The position numbers and the translations under genes were made by a program. Below are positions 39,455-50,059 of a stretch of 64,000 bases of DNA, piece after piece. The stretch comes from an uncultured Anaerolinea sp. (lineage in GTDB: Bacteria; Chloroflexota; Anaerolineae; Anaerolineales; Villigracilaceae): positions 294 to 64,293 of the forward strand of contig CAZFDL010000001.1 of the NCBI GenBank assembly GCA_964517905.1, written 5' to 3'. Below the pieces are notes generated by a model, which searched no databases, was not told the DNA's origin, and saw only the letters and a program-made list of their open reading frames with translations. Position 1 is the first letter of the stretch, and every line of letters starts with the position of its first letter.

Positions 39455-40809
39455 AGTTCTTCCTCTTCGATTTCCGGTTCTTTGCGATTCGCGGAGAACT
39501 CCCAGCCGTTGAACTGCGCAACCAGACGACCCGGGATGCGTCCCTGCATGACCACCCCGCCCCGTCCGTGTTCGATTCTTTCCACCTGTCCAGCTTCGTG
39601 AAATAGAGAGATCAATGCGCCTTGTTGATACGGTAAGCGCACGTGGATGGGCGTGTAGGTTTCATACAGCTCTCTTTGGATGAGCAGGAGCAGTTCCTGA
39701 ATCCCCGTGCCTTGCAGGCTCGAAATTGCCGTGGCTTTGGAGTATCGGCTTACCACATCGTACGCCGACCGCGGATCGCGGAGCCGGTCAATTTTGTTGA
39801 GTGCCGTTACCACCGGGATATGATGCGCGCCCAGCTCATCCAGGGTCTGTTGCACTGCCTTGAATTGACTCAGCGCATTGGGATGTGAAATGTCCACAAC
39901 ATGCAACAGCAGGTCGGCCTCGAGGATCTCCTCGAGCGTGGCGTGGAAAGACTCGATCAATGTTGTTGGTAGTTTTTGAATAAAGCCCACTGTATCAGTC
40001 ATTAACGCCTGATACCCACCCGACAACTCGACCCGACGCGTGGTTGGGTCTAGCGTGGCAAAGAGCTGATCTGCCACATACACATCGGACTTCGTAAGTT
40101 TGTTCAACAGCGTGGATTTGCCCGCGTTGGTGTACCCAACCAGAGCAACGGTCGGTATACGGGACCGTCTTCTCTGCCCGCGGTAGCGCTGGCGATGTGC
40201 GCTGACTTTTTCGAGCTCCTTCTTGAGTTGTGCGATCTCGCGGCGGATGGCGCGCTTGTCCACTTCCAACTGAGTCTCGCCCGGGCCGCGCAAGCCCACT
40301 CCCCCGGTCGACCCGGCGCGTCCCCCGCCTCCGCCTGCTTGCCTTTCCAGATGAGTCCATTGACCGGTCAATCGCGGCAAATAATATTCATACTGCGCAA
40401 GCTTCACCTGCAACATTCCCTCTTTTGTGTGAGCGTGTTGCGCGAAAATATCCAGGATGAGCGCGGTGCGATCCAGCACGCGGACGTTCCTGCCCAAGGC
40501 CTCCTGTAACTCGCGTTGGTGGCGCGGCGAAAGTTCATCATCGAAAATGACCACCTGCGAAAGCGTTTCCTCCACGAGCATCCTCAACTCATCCACTTTG
40601 CCGGGACCGATGTAGGTTTTTACATGAGGGCGATCCAGTTTTTGGGTCAACTCGCCAGCCACATCCAGGCCGGCTGTATCGGCAAGCAGAGCCAACTCGA
40701 TCAGCGAATCTTCCAATGATAGGAATGAAGTATGCTGATACAGGTCAACTCCAACGAGGAAAGCCTTCTCGTGCGGAGGTGTAGTTTGGTGAAGGGTTCG
40801 TTTCGACAT
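39451..40809 (-). CDS. hflX: GTPase HflX
   Basis: ILDIFAQHA, RGPGETQLE, GYTNAGKS, LFATLDPT, DTVGFI, NKID; start placed at ATG 40809. Confidence 0.96.
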   Translation of the reverse strand: MSKRTLHQTTPPHEKAFLVGVDLYQHTSFLSLEDSLIELALLADTAGLDVAGELTQKLDRPHVKTYIGPGKVDELRMLVEETLSQVVIFDDELSPRHQRELQEALGRNVRVLDRTALILDIFAQHAHTKEGMLQVKLAQYEYYLPRLTGQWTHLERQAGGGGGRAGSTGGVGLRGPGETQLEVDKRAIRREIAQLKKELEKVSAHRQRYRGQRRRSRIPTVALVGYTNAGKSTLLNKLTKSDVYVADQLFATLDPTTRRVELSGGYQALMTDTVGFIQKLPTTLIESFHATLEEILEADLLLHVVDISHPNALSQFKAVQQTLDELGAHHIPVVTALNKIDRLRDPRSAYDVVSRYSKATAISSLQGTGIQELLLLIQRELYETYTPIHVRLPYQQGALISLFHEAGQVERIEHGRGGVVMQGRIPGRLVAQFNGWEFSANRKEPEIEEEEL

Positions 40810-40819
40810 GGGTATTGTT

Positions 40820-42088
40820 TTACTCGAAGGATGCTTTCGGGTTTTCTTCCTTTGCCGCAAGTGTATCAAATAACTTCGCCATTTTCGGATCAGGCGCTTC
40901 GACCCTCTCGGGTATCAGAACATGGAAAGTGGAGCCCGGGCAGGCATCTTCATCATAGCCGGGAGATTCGACCCAGATCGAGCCGCCGTGCGCCTCTAGA
41001 ATTCCGCGTGCGATCGGGAGTCCCAATCCTGGTCCACCACCTTTAAATTTCGTCTTTCCGCTCGAGTGACGCCCCACACTCCCCAGCTGACCAAATTTCT
41101 CGAAAATCGTGTTCTGATTCTCCGGCGAGATGCCGATGCCAGAATCTGCAACGGTGACTTCGATGAACCCCGGTAACGATCTTCCTCCGATGGTGATCGT
41201 TCCTCCATCCGGGGTGAACTTAATCGCGTTGCTGAGTACATTCCGCAATGCCTGAGTAATACGTATCGAATCCAGGTAGATCCACTTGCGGCTGCCTTCG
41301 AAGTTCGGGAGGGTTATCGTCAGATTGCGGGCCTGAATCGTCAGCTCTGCCTCTTTGCACAGGCCATCGAGCAGCAAACCGAGCTGCGCGGGTTGAAAAT
41401 TTAACCGCAGCAGATCGTTGTCGATCATCGATACATCGATCATGTCGTCCACGATGAGACGTAAACGATTGATGCCAGTCGTCATGCCGGCCAACAGGTT
41501 TTTCAATTGCCCGTTCTTCTGCTCACCGTGCAGGTCCTCCATCATGGACGAATAACCTTCGATGAGGGTCAGCGGCGTCTTTAATTCGTGTGCGGCGACG
41601 GAAATAAAAGCGGACTTGCTCCTGTCTACGCGCTCCATTCGCTTTTGCACTTTCTCCATCTCGGCAGAAATATGTGCCACCCGCGTTTCCATTTCGTAAC
41701 GCGCCACCACGCCCAATCCGTAGGTGTAGACCGGGATGATCGCGGCAAGCAGGTCGAGCGCGTGTTGTTTCGTTAGTATTTCATTCGCCACCTTGATGGT
41801 CAATGCGATCATCCGGTTGATCAGGAAGGAGACGTGATACAACCCTTCCTCCAGATCTGTTTCGGTGGACGATTTCGCCCAGTCGAGAAGAATCGAATCC
41901 ATCCAGGCCGGGTCTCCGGTAGTGACGGATTGCTCCAACAGGTCGAAGAACCTCCCCAACTGCTCTTCAAATCCCGCGCGAACTTCCATGCCGCGGGCGA
42001 GGTCGTGCCCAACATGTTCCACCCATGCCGGGCGTACTTTTTTCAATATTTCCTGAATACGGGCGGGGTTTGCCTTCTTCTTTGGCAT
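40820..42088 (-). CDS. Soluble histidine kinase with a helical N-terminal domain
   Basis: FISVAAHELKTPLT, NVLSNAIKFT, DSGIGI, GGGPGLGL; ATG at 42088 (TTG at 42100 is an alternative). Confidence 0.9.
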   Translation of the reverse strand: MPKKKANPARIQEILKKVRPAWVEHVGHDLARGMEVRAGFEEQLGRFFDLLEQSVTTGDPAWMDSILLDWAKSSTETDLEEGLYHVSFLINRMIALTIKVANEILTKQHALDLLAAIIPVYTYGLGVVARYEMETRVAHISAEMEKVQKRMERVDRSKSAFISVAAHELKTPLTLIEGYSSMMEDLHGEQKNGQLKNLLAGMTTGINRLRLIVDDMIDVSMIDNDLLRLNFQPAQLGLLLDGLCKEAELTIQARNLTITLPNFEGSRKWIYLDSIRITQALRNVLSNAIKFTPDGGTITIGGRSLPGFIEVTVADSGIGISPENQNTIFEKFGQLGSVGRHSSGKTKFKGGGPGLGLPIARGILEAHGGSIWVESPGYDEDACPGSTFHVLIPERVEAPDPKMAKLFDTLAAKEENPKASFE

Positions 42089-42121
42089 GACTTGGCTCAA
42101 TCTACTCGCGCTTTTATTGTA

Positions 42122-43030
42122 TCAGTTTTGAACGCCCTGTCCTACGATCCACATCCATAACGTCCTCCCCACTGCCTCAAGGCTGTCGGGTGAAACTTTG
42201 TCGGGTGTGTCGCCGAGGGTGTGCCAGTATGGGTAATCAAAATCGATCAAGTCCACCGCGGGGATCCCCGCTTCAAGGAATGGTGTATGGTCATCGATAA
42301 TTGAAAATTTATATTCGGGAATGAACTGTTTCCCGAATCCCAAACTGTCGGCCACGGACCAGATCTCATCGTTCAAAATCGAATCGGAATTGCGCTCCTT
42401 GTAGATGTTCAGGTCTGCATCGCCGATCATATCCACTACGACGACCGCGCGCGGCTGGAGCGGATTGTTCGCGACAAACTCACGCGAACCGAGGATCCAA
42501 TCCCAACCCTCGATGCGGCCATTATCTTCGGCATCGAAAAAGACCAGCCACACATTTACCGTATCATCGGGCAGGGACCGCGCCAACTCCAACAAAACCG
42601 CCACCCCGGAGGCACCATCGTTCGCACCGGGGACGGGCTTCGAATGATTCGTCGGGTCGGGATCGCTATCTGCGAACATACGCGTATCGTAATGCGCTCC
42701 GAGAATTATTTGTGGAAGCTGATCGGACCGCCGGGCAACGATATTAAAGATCGGATGCCCCATCGCTTCCGATTCCTGGATTTCAACTCGCCAGCCAGCG
42801 GACTCCAACTCCCTACGCATCCACTCGCGGATTTGAGTATGGCCCTCCGTGCCCGGAATGCGAGGGCCAAACTCCACCTGTGTCTTCACGTCGTCGTAGG
42901 CGCGCAAACCATCGAACGATGTGACATCAGGCTCGGGCTGGGAGAGAACCGAGAACGCGAACCACCCCAGAACGACCGCGAGCAGAAAACCGATCACGGA
43001 AAGATAAACCACAATCGCTTTATTCGTCAC
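42122..43030 (-). CDS. M28 family peptidase / glutaminyl-cyclase-like, membrane anchored
   Basis: [26 protein letters not shown] and WHT..D; N-terminal TM. Confidence 0.85.
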   Translation of the reverse strand: MTNKAIVVYLSVIGFLLAVVLGWFAFSVLSQPEPDVTSFDGLRAYDDVKTQVEFGPRIPGTEGHTQIREWMRRELESAGWRVEIQESEAMGHPIFNIVARRSDQLPQIILGAHYDTRMFADSDPDPTNHSKPVPGANDGASGVAVLLELARSLPDDTVNVWLVFFDAEDNGRIEGWDWILGSREFVANNPLQPRAVVVVDMIGDADLNIYKERNSDSILNDEIWSVADSLGFGKQFIPEYKFSIIDDHTPFLEAGIPAVDLIDFDYPYWHTLGDTPDKVSPDSLEAVGRTLWMWIVGQGVQN

Positions 43031-44373
43031 GCCGCGACCGCTCCATGAATCACAGTCTGCAGCTCTGCCAAAGACCGCGCCGCATACGCCGCCCCGCGTT
43101 CACGTTTGCCGATTTTCCGATCAGACTCGATAGGCGGCAAGATGCCAAAATTCGCCTTCATCGGCTGAAAATCCTTCAAATCGGCATGGGTAACGTAATG
43201 ACAGAGCGCGCCGAGCATCGTGGTTACTGGAAGTGTGATCGGCGAACCGCCGTGATGAAGCCGGGCGGCGTTCATGCCTGCGAGCAAACCGGTCGCGATG
43301 TTGCCCATGTACCCCTCCACGCCGGTGATCTGTCCCGCAAAGTAAAGATCGTCACGTGTGATATGTTGAAGCGTGGCCCGGAGTAGCTTTGGAGATGCAA
43401 TGAATGTATTCCTGTGCATTTGTCCATAGCGCATGAATTCGCCGTTCTCCAAACCGGGAATAGTCCGCAGAACCCGTTTTTGTTCTGGAAATTTCAAATT
43501 GGTTTGAAAACCGACCAGGTTATACAAACTGCCCGCGAGATTATCCTGCCGCAATTGCACAACCGCATACGGACGTTTGCCTGTTCGCGGGTCGCGCAGA
43601 CCGACTGGGCGCATGGGACCGAACGCCAGTGAATCGATCCCCCGCTCCGCGATGATCTCAACCGGCAGACACCCTTCAAAGAAGTGACCAGCCTTTACAC
43701 CAGATTTGATCGCATCCTCAAAGGAGCGCAGTTCGATCCGTTCCGCATGGAGGAGGGCTTCAACAAAGGCGTAATATTCATCTTTTGTAAATGGGCAATT
43801 GATGTAATCACCTTCGTCTTGCGCACCCTCGTCGTAGCGGGATGCGCGGAACGCTACGTCCATCTTAATACTTTCCGCATGAACGATCGGAGCAATCGCG
43901 TCGAAAAAGAAAAGATGTTCCTCACCGCTCAGCTCGGCGAGTGATCGGGACAAGGCCGGCGAGGTGAGCGGTCCGCTGGCGACGATGGTTGGTGTATCGG
44001 GAATGCGTTGAACCTCTTCGCGCACGATCTCGATGTTTGGGTGCCCACTGATCCGTTGAGTCACTTTCCGGGCAAACAGGTCGCGGTCCACAGCCAGGGC
44101 GCCGCCTGCCGGCAACGACGCTTCTTCGGCGCATTCCAGCAGCATCGAACCCAGCAGTCTCGATTCAGACTTCAGCAAGCCAGAGGCGCGGTCGGCCAGG
44201 TTCGACCCAAGCGAGTTCGAGCAGACCAGTTCCGCCAATTCTTGCGTTTGGTGAGCGCCGGTCTGCAGTACCGGGCGCATTTCGTACAAGCGCACTTGTA
44301 GCCCGCGTTCTGCGGCCTGCCACGCAGCTTCGCTGCCAGCCAGTCCGCCGCCGATCACGATCAGGTCAGTCAT
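43027..44373 (-). CDS. trmFO: Folate/FAD-dependent tRNA m5U54 methyltransferase
   Basis: [55 protein letters not shown]. Confidence 0.96.
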   Translation of the reverse strand: MTDLIVIGGGLAGSEAAWQAAERGLQVRLYEMRPVLQTGAHQTQELAELVCSNSLGSNLADRASGLLKSESRLLGSMLLECAEEASLPAGGALAVDRDLFARKVTQRISGHPNIEIVREEVQRIPDTPTIVASGPLTSPALSRSLAELSGEEHLFFFDAIAPIVHAESIKMDVAFRASRYDEGAQDEGDYINCPFTKDEYYAFVEALLHAERIELRSFEDAIKSGVKAGHFFEGCLPVEIIAERGIDSLAFGPMRPVGLRDPRTGKRPYAVVQLRQDNLAGSLYNLVGFQTNLKFPEQKRVLRTIPGLENGEFMRYGQMHRNTFIASPKLLRATLQHITRDDLYFAGQITGVEGYMGNIATGLLAGMNAARLHHGGSPITLPVTTMLGALCHYVTHADLKDFQPMKANFGILPPIESDRKIGKRERGAAYAARSLAELQTVIHGAVAA

Positions 44374-44483
44374 GCGGTGATTCTACCATCGCCGGCAGGA
44401 TACCCATGGTTCACGAGGCAGGCGACAATACGACTGGCGCTTGAACTATCGTAACAGGCACTCTGTCGTATAATTAACATAGC

Positions 44484-47108
44484 ATGGCATCCCAAAAGGA
44501 CATCGAATTTCAACTCAAAGAGACCGGTCAACTGACCGAAACCGCATGGTCCGCGCTGGTGGAACGCGAAGCGGGAGCATGGCATATCGTCTCCCATCAC
44601 CATCTGACGAAAAAGAATCAACCCGAACTCATCAAGTTTCTCAGTAAAACCGAGGTGGATTCATGGTTGTGCGGCGCGCTCAGCGGCGGGCAGAGTCGGT
44701 CGGTTTCACTGCCTGAATCGAGCAACCTGGAAGTTGCCCGGCTTTTCGCCTTCCCGTTGAAAGGGATGTCGCGTGTAGTGTTGGCCGGAGCGGATCAACT
44801 GAGTACCGACGCCCAACGACTGTGGCGTCTCGTTGCGTCCGCCATGCAGAACGGAGATGCACAAGCGGATTCCTCGGCATCCGCGTCAGTGGCTGCGTCC
44901 CTGTTAGTGCCCGATCTCGACTCAGAGAATCCATACGATCTACCGCGCGCGCTCGACCGCGCCCTCACATCCTTTCTTCGTGTCGTTTCAGTACAGGGAG
45001 CCTGGCTCGCCGTTCGACGCGGCGACTCGCTTGAAGTGCGCGCCCAATGGAATGCACCATCATGTGCCAATCTCGACCTCCCCATCGAATCCAATACCCT
45101 GCTTCGGCGGATGAACCGCAACCTTACGCCCATGGTGGTTAATCGCGGGGATCCGCTTTGGGACTCGCTTCCTCATAAAGGGTTAAAGTCCAACACAAAA
45201 CTTTGGACGTGTGTCCCGATCGTCATTGGACAACGATTGATCGCCACTCTCGTCCTGTGGCGGACCTCCACATTCAGGCGCGATGAATGGAACCGCCTGA
45301 TCGAACTTGTAACGCAAACAGCGCCAGCCATCGAAACGATCATCACCTTCGCTGAGATGGCAAGTCATTTACGGCGGCTGGCCATGCTGAACGACTTCGC
45401 ACTCACCATCTCCACAGGGCGCAACCTCGACCAGATCGCCCGGCGTGTCTTCGCACTGCTCGCGCGCGCTTTCGGCACCGAACTGATCGTGCTCGACCTG
45501 CTGTCCTCGGATAACCGGTTGGTCAACGAATTCCGAAACAAGGATGGAGCCTTGGTCTCCACCATCCACAGCGCCCAAGAACCGTGGATCGCAACCGTGC
45601 TGAAAGACAGCCAGAAGGCGCGGCTCGGGGATTCGCAGCTCGAAGGCATTACGCCCCTGTACGAAGATTCGCTTTCGGGTCTCTACGTTCCACTACGTTT
45701 CCGCGGTCAGATCATCGGCAGCCTATCCATTGAAAACACCAAGACGGATGCATTCAATTTTTACGATGAAAGTTTGATCGTTGTGATCGCCAGTCATCTC
45801 GCCAGCCTCGCGGATTACACACGCGTACGCGAGGAAGCGGAGGGACGTGCGCGCAATCTCGGTTTGATCCACGAAGTGGTTGGGCAGGTCGTCGGCTTGA
45901 CCGAGCCGCGCGAGGTGGCACAGATCACAGCCGAGCTCCTGGCGCGCTATTTTGCCTATGAGCTGGCTGCCGTCTTTATCGCCGATCCGCAGGGAAACCT
46001 CACGATCGGCGGCTTCGGCGGCGCCAGCCAGAACGTGGTCCGACGCGCCGTGCAATCGTTCGAATACCCGGTCAGCGGAGGCATCACCGGTCACGTCTTT
46101 GAAACCGGGAACAGCGTAGTGGTCAACGATGTGCTGCAGGATAGCCGTTATCGTTCCATCAAAGGCTGGCAGGCTGGCTCTGAAATGTGCGTGGCGATCC
46201 GCGACGGCATGAAGATTCTCGGCATTATCGATGTAGAGAGCAGTTCGCGAAACGCGTTCACGCATAACGACTTCATGGCCCTTGAGTCGCTCGCGGGAAT
46301 TCTCGCGAGTGTGATCACCAGCGCCGATCAATATCAACGTCTTGAGTCGACCATCAGTCAGTTGCGCGCCACGCAGCTTGAATTACGCGAGCGCATGGAT
46401 GCCCAGCGAAAAGCGGAAAACCGCCTATTGCAAGCCGCAAAGCTTGCCGCGGTGGGAGAGATGGCGGCCGGTATCGCGCACGAACTGAACAACCCGCTGA
46501 CATCCGTCACCGGCTTTGCTGAACTTGCTCTCGATGAATTTCCTGCGGAAAACCAAACGCGGAAAGATCTCGAACTCGTGGTACGTGAGGCGAAGCGCGC
46601 CCGGGATGTTGTACGCCGCCTGCTGGATTTTGCACGGCAAGGCGAGAGTTCGCGCTCGAGTGTCTCGTTGAATGAAGTGGTTGACGACGTGGTGGCGCTC
46701 AGCAGGCATCTCATCCACACGAGCGGCGTGGAACTCGTCACCCACTTCGATGAGAAGCTCCCCTGGGTGATGATGGATGCGAACCAAATTAAACAGGTCG
46801 CGCTAAACCTAGTTCATAATGCGTTACAAGCAATGCCCGACGGCGGCATATTGGAGATCGAAACGTCATCGGCGCGCAGGAACGGCCGCGCCTGGGCGTT
46901 GATCTCGGTGCGTGATACCGGCGTGGGAATTTCACAAGCGGACAAGGGACGCATCTTCGAGCCTTTCTTCACAACGAAAGGGAATCACGGCGGTACGGGA
47001 CTTGGCCTGTCGGTCACGTATGGCATTATCACCGACCATGGCGGCACGATCGAGGTCGAGAGCGAATCGGGCAAAGGGTCAAAGTTCACAGTCCGGTTAC
47101 CGTTATGA
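44484..47108 (+). CDS. Multi-GAF histidine kinase
   Basis: GAF motifs; GEMAAGIAHELNNPL, NLVHNA, DTGVGI, FEPFFTTK, GTGLGL. Confidence 0.92.
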   Translation: MASQKDIEFQLKETGQLTETAWSALVEREAGAWHIVSHHHLTKKNQPELIKFLSKTEVDSWLCGALSGGQSRSVSLPESSNLEVARLFAFPLKGMSRVVLAGADQLSTDAQRLWRLVASAMQNGDAQADSSASASVAASLLVPDLDSENPYDLPRALDRALTSFLRVVSVQGAWLAVRRGDSLEVRAQWNAPSCANLDLPIESNTLLRRMNRNLTPMVVNRGDPLWDSLPHKGLKSNTKLWTCVPIVIGQRLIATLVLWRTSTFRRDEWNRLIELVTQTAPAIETIITFAEMASHLRRLAMLNDFALTISTGRNLDQIARRVFALLARAFGTELIVLDLLSSDNRLVNEFRNKDGALVSTIHSAQEPWIATVLKDSQKARLGDSQLEGITPLYEDSLSGLYVPLRFRGQIIGSLSIENTKTDAFNFYDESLIVVIASHLASLADYTRVREEAEGRARNLGLIHEVVGQVVGLTEPREVAQITAELLARYFAYELAAVFIADPQGNLTIGGFGGASQNVVRRAVQSFEYPVSGGITGHVFETGNSVVVNDVLQDSRYRSIKGWQAGSEMCVAIRDGMKILGIIDVESSSRNAFTHNDFMALESLAGILASVITSADQYQRLESTISQLRATQLELRERMDAQRKAENRLLQAAKLAAVGEMAAGIAHELNNPLTSVTGFAELALDEFPAENQTRKDLELVVREAKRARDVVRRLLDFARQGESSRSSVSLNEVVDDVVALSRHLIHTSGVELVTHFDEKLPWVMMDANQIKQVALNLVHNALQAMPDGGILEIETSSARRNGRAWALISVRDTGVGISQADKGRIFEPFFTTKGNHGGTGLGLSVTYGIITDHGGTIEVESESGKGSKFTVRLPL

Positions 47109-48709
47109 CCAGTGCAACCACGAATCCCTCCTCTTCGATACTCGTCGTGGATGATGAGCCCGGCATCGCATCCTTGTGCGAGCGCCTGCTAAGCCGCGAG
47201 GGTCATCGCGTCACTGCACTGATCAACCCGCTTGCGGCGATCGAATATTTGCAGAAAACTCGAACCGACTTGCTGCTGGTAGACATTCGCATGCCCGAAG
47301 TGGACGGCTTCGATGTGATCTCGCGCGCAAAGATCGTCCAGCCCGATATTGCAGTGCTGGTGATGACCGGCTTTGGCACGGTGGAGACGGCCATACGGGC
47401 ACTTCGGCAGGGCGTAGATGGCCTTTTACTAAAGCCGTTTGAACGGGGTGATGAGCTGGTGCAGGCGGTGAGGCAGGCGATCAATGACAATCATCGCAAA
47501 CGCGACGCCGCACGTGTGCAGGCTTTCCGTCCCCTATTCAACGTCACAGAAACGCTATTCGCGGAGACCGACCAAAATAAATTGCTCGACCTCATTACCT
47601 CCGCCATCCGCGATCACCTGAATTGCTCGAACGCTGCCTATTATAAAGTGGACAACGGACACGTGACTGCGGTGACACAGGTTGGAAAAACTCTGCCCGT
47701 GGAGGCAGACCAAACCGCCGCCGAGTTGATCCGTCGAGTTGCGGATGACCGTGATCCGATGATCATGCACGCAACGGGACCCGGCGATCTGGAAGCTCAG
47801 GCGCTTCTCGCCACGGTGGGGCTGGGTTCCGCCATCCTCATCCCGGTGACCCGGGCAGATACGAACAGCGTGTTATTTGCGGCGCGCGATTCCTCGGTAT
47901 CGCCATTCCGCGGAGCGGACCTGGAATTATTTTTTGTCCTGGCTCGGCAGGCAGTGGTAGCGATGGAAAATGCGCGTTTGTACGCTGACCTGCGCGACAC
48001 GCTCCGCCGCGTGGAAGAATCGCAACAGGCATTGGTGCGCGCCGAAAAGATGGCGGCCGCCGGGAGGCTGACCGCCTCGATCGCTCACGAAGTGAATAAT
48101 CCGCTTCAATCGGTTCAGAATTGTCTGCATCTCGCCGGGCGCGAGGACTTGCCGCCTGAAAAGCGGAAGGAATATTTCGAACTGGCGCGGACCGAGCTCG
48201 ACCGTTTGATGAAGACCATGCAGCGAATGCTCGAGTTCTATCGCCCCGGCGCTGTCCGTGTCGAGCACGTGGATGTGCTTGAACTTCTCCGGCATGTGAT
48301 CAGCCTCACCTCGCAACAACTCGGCCAGCGGAATATTCAAGTGAATGTAAAGCTGCCGGATTCATTGCCCGGCATTTACGCGGTGAGCGGACAGATCCAG
48401 CAGATCTTCATCAACCTCATTCTTAACGCCCATGACGCCATGCCTGAGGGCGGAGAGCTCAAGATCAGTGCGCGCGCCTTGAGGAACGGTGTGGAGATAG
48501 AAATCAGCGATTCTGGTCCCGGCATCCCGGTAGAGCGGAGGAACAACATCTTCGAGCCGTTCTTCAGCACGAAGGACGGTGGTACTGGTTTGGGGCTGAC
48601 AGTGAGTTACAATATCGTCACCGCTCACGGCGGGACCTTGGATCTAGTGGATCGCGATACAGCGGGCGCATGTTTCCGATTATTTTTGCCAACGGGAGAT
48701 AAACAATGA
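47105..48709 (+). CDS. REC-GAF histidine kinase
   Basis: VVDDE..VDIRMP..KP; AHEVNNPL; FEPFFSTK; GTGLGL; ATGA overlap. Confidence 0.92.
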   Translation: MTSATTNPSSSILVVDDEPGIASLCERLLSREGHRVTALINPLAAIEYLQKTRTDLLLVDIRMPEVDGFDVISRAKIVQPDIAVLVMTGFGTVETAIRALRQGVDGLLLKPFERGDELVQAVRQAINDNHRKRDAARVQAFRPLFNVTETLFAETDQNKLLDLITSAIRDHLNCSNAAYYKVDNGHVTAVTQVGKTLPVEADQTAAELIRRVADDRDPMIMHATGPGDLEAQALLATVGLGSAILIPVTRADTNSVLFAARDSSVSPFRGADLELFFVLARQAVVAMENARLYADLRDTLRRVEESQQALVRAEKMAAAGRLTASIAHEVNNPLQSVQNCLHLAGREDLPPEKRKEYFELARTELDRLMKTMQRMLEFYRPGAVRVEHVDVLELLRHVISLTSQQLGQRNIQVNVKLPDSLPGIYAVSGQIQQIFINLILNAHDAMPEGGELKISARALRNGVEIEISDSGPGIPVERRNNIFEPFFSTKDGGTGLGLTVSYNIVTAHGGTLDLVDRDTAGACFRLFLPTGDKQ

Positions 48710-49440
48710 AATCGAACATCCTGGTCGTAGACGACGAACCTGTAGCACGGCAATCGATGAGCGACATCTTGCGGCTGGAGGGTTTCGCCGTCAACTCGGT
48801 ACCGAACGGTCATGCCGCGATCGAGTATGTGCGTACTCATCCCGTTGAATTAATGATCGTTGATCTGCGCATGCCCGGCATGGACGGCCTGGAGGTCGTT
48901 CAGGTGGTCAACCAGATCTCGCCCGAGACAGAGGTGGTCTTGCTCACCGCGTTCGCCACCACCGAGTCCGCGATACAGGCATTACGCTTGCGTATCCACG
49001 ATTATTTGCTCAAGCCTGCCTCCCCTGCGCAGGTACTTGCCAGTATAAAAAAGGGGCTTACACGCCGCGAAGCCCGCCTGAAAGCCCGAACTGGAACAGC
49101 CACCACCGAGGTGGACGAAGGCAACGCCGAGATAACTCTGAAAGACGGCACGTACATAGACCTCTCCCGCCGCTTGATCCGTAAAAAGGATAACGTGATC
49201 CACCTCACCCCCGCTGAGGGACGCCTCCTACGCATGCTCATCGAAAACCCGGGTCGCGTCTACTCACACCGCGAGTTGGTTCTCCTTGTACAAGGCTACG
49301 ACACATCCCAGCGCGAAGCGCCCGAAATATTGCGCCCGCTCGTCAGCCGCCTGCGACACAAACTTGAATCGTTCCCCTCGCTGTCGGATCGCATCGTCAG
49401 CGTAAGAGGGACTGGATATTTGTATGAGGGAGATAAGTGA
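48706..49440 (+). CDS. OmpR/PhoB family response regulator
   Basis: REC plus winged helix (LTPAEGRLL, VSRLRHKL, SVRGTGY). Confidence 0.93.
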   Translation: MKSNILVVDDEPVARQSMSDILRLEGFAVNSVPNGHAAIEYVRTHPVELMIVDLRMPGMDGLEVVQVVNQISPETEVVLLTAFATTESAIQALRLRIHDYLLKPASPAQVLASIKKGLTRREARLKARTGTATTEVDEGNAEITLKDGTYIDLSRRLIRKKDNVIHLTPAEGRLLRMLIENPGRVYSHRELVLLVQGYDTSQREAPEILRPLVSRLRHKLESFPSLSDRIVSVRGTGYLYEGDK

Positions 49441-49531
49441 GGTGTAATATCCGTAAAAGTTTTTAGCGTAGTACGCTCGCAAGCAAATAGTCAGCCATTC
49501 CATCCATACCCACATCCCTGAGGAACCAAAA

Positions 49532-49912
49532 ATGAACAAAAAACTCTTCATCGCCAACGCAATCCTGACAATACCATTCGCCATAGGCGGCTTGCTTGCC
49601 CCCGCGACAATTTTCGCTCCATTCGGCATCACCCTCGACGCTGGCGGAGTGCTAATCGCTAGGGGCTATGCCAGTACACTCATGGCATATGGCATACTGC
49701 TCTTCATGAGCCGGAACACCTCCGATGCAAAAGCCCTTAACGCATTCCTCGTCTCCATGACGATTTTTAACTTGCTGGAATTTACAGTTCAGTTGCTGGC
49801 GTTTCTGCAAAAAGTCGCGGCGGCGCCCATTCTCGCCACGGTCATTGCTCATGGCATCTTGATTATCCTGTGTGCTCTAGCATTAACCAGGCATAACAAA
49901 AGCGCCGGATAA
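49532..49912 (+). CDS. Four-TM hypothetical membrane protein
   Basis: GAGGA RBS; four hydrophobic helices. Confidence 0.7.
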   Translation: MNKKLFIANAILTIPFAIGGLLAPATIFAPFGITLDAGGVLIARGYASTLMAYGILLFMSRNTSDAKALNAFLVSMTIFNLLEFTVQLLAFLQKVAAAPILATVIAHGILIILCALALTRHNKSAG

Positions 49913-49935
49913 TCCGAAGGTCGTTCTTGTATGGA

Positions 49936-49973
49936 TTTATTGGAAAATTCTTGAAAATGAATTTTCCAATAAA
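49936..49973. terminator. AT-rich 15-bp perfect inverted repeat between convergent genes
   Basis: TTTATTGGAAAATTC / GAATTTTCCAATAAA. Confidence 0.55.
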
Positions 49974-50059
49974 GAATACTTGAAATCGTCCTTTGGACTT
50001 CGGTTCAATCCGAGGCGGGCGGATGGAGCGCGGTTAAATTTGCGAGCACACAACGGAAC

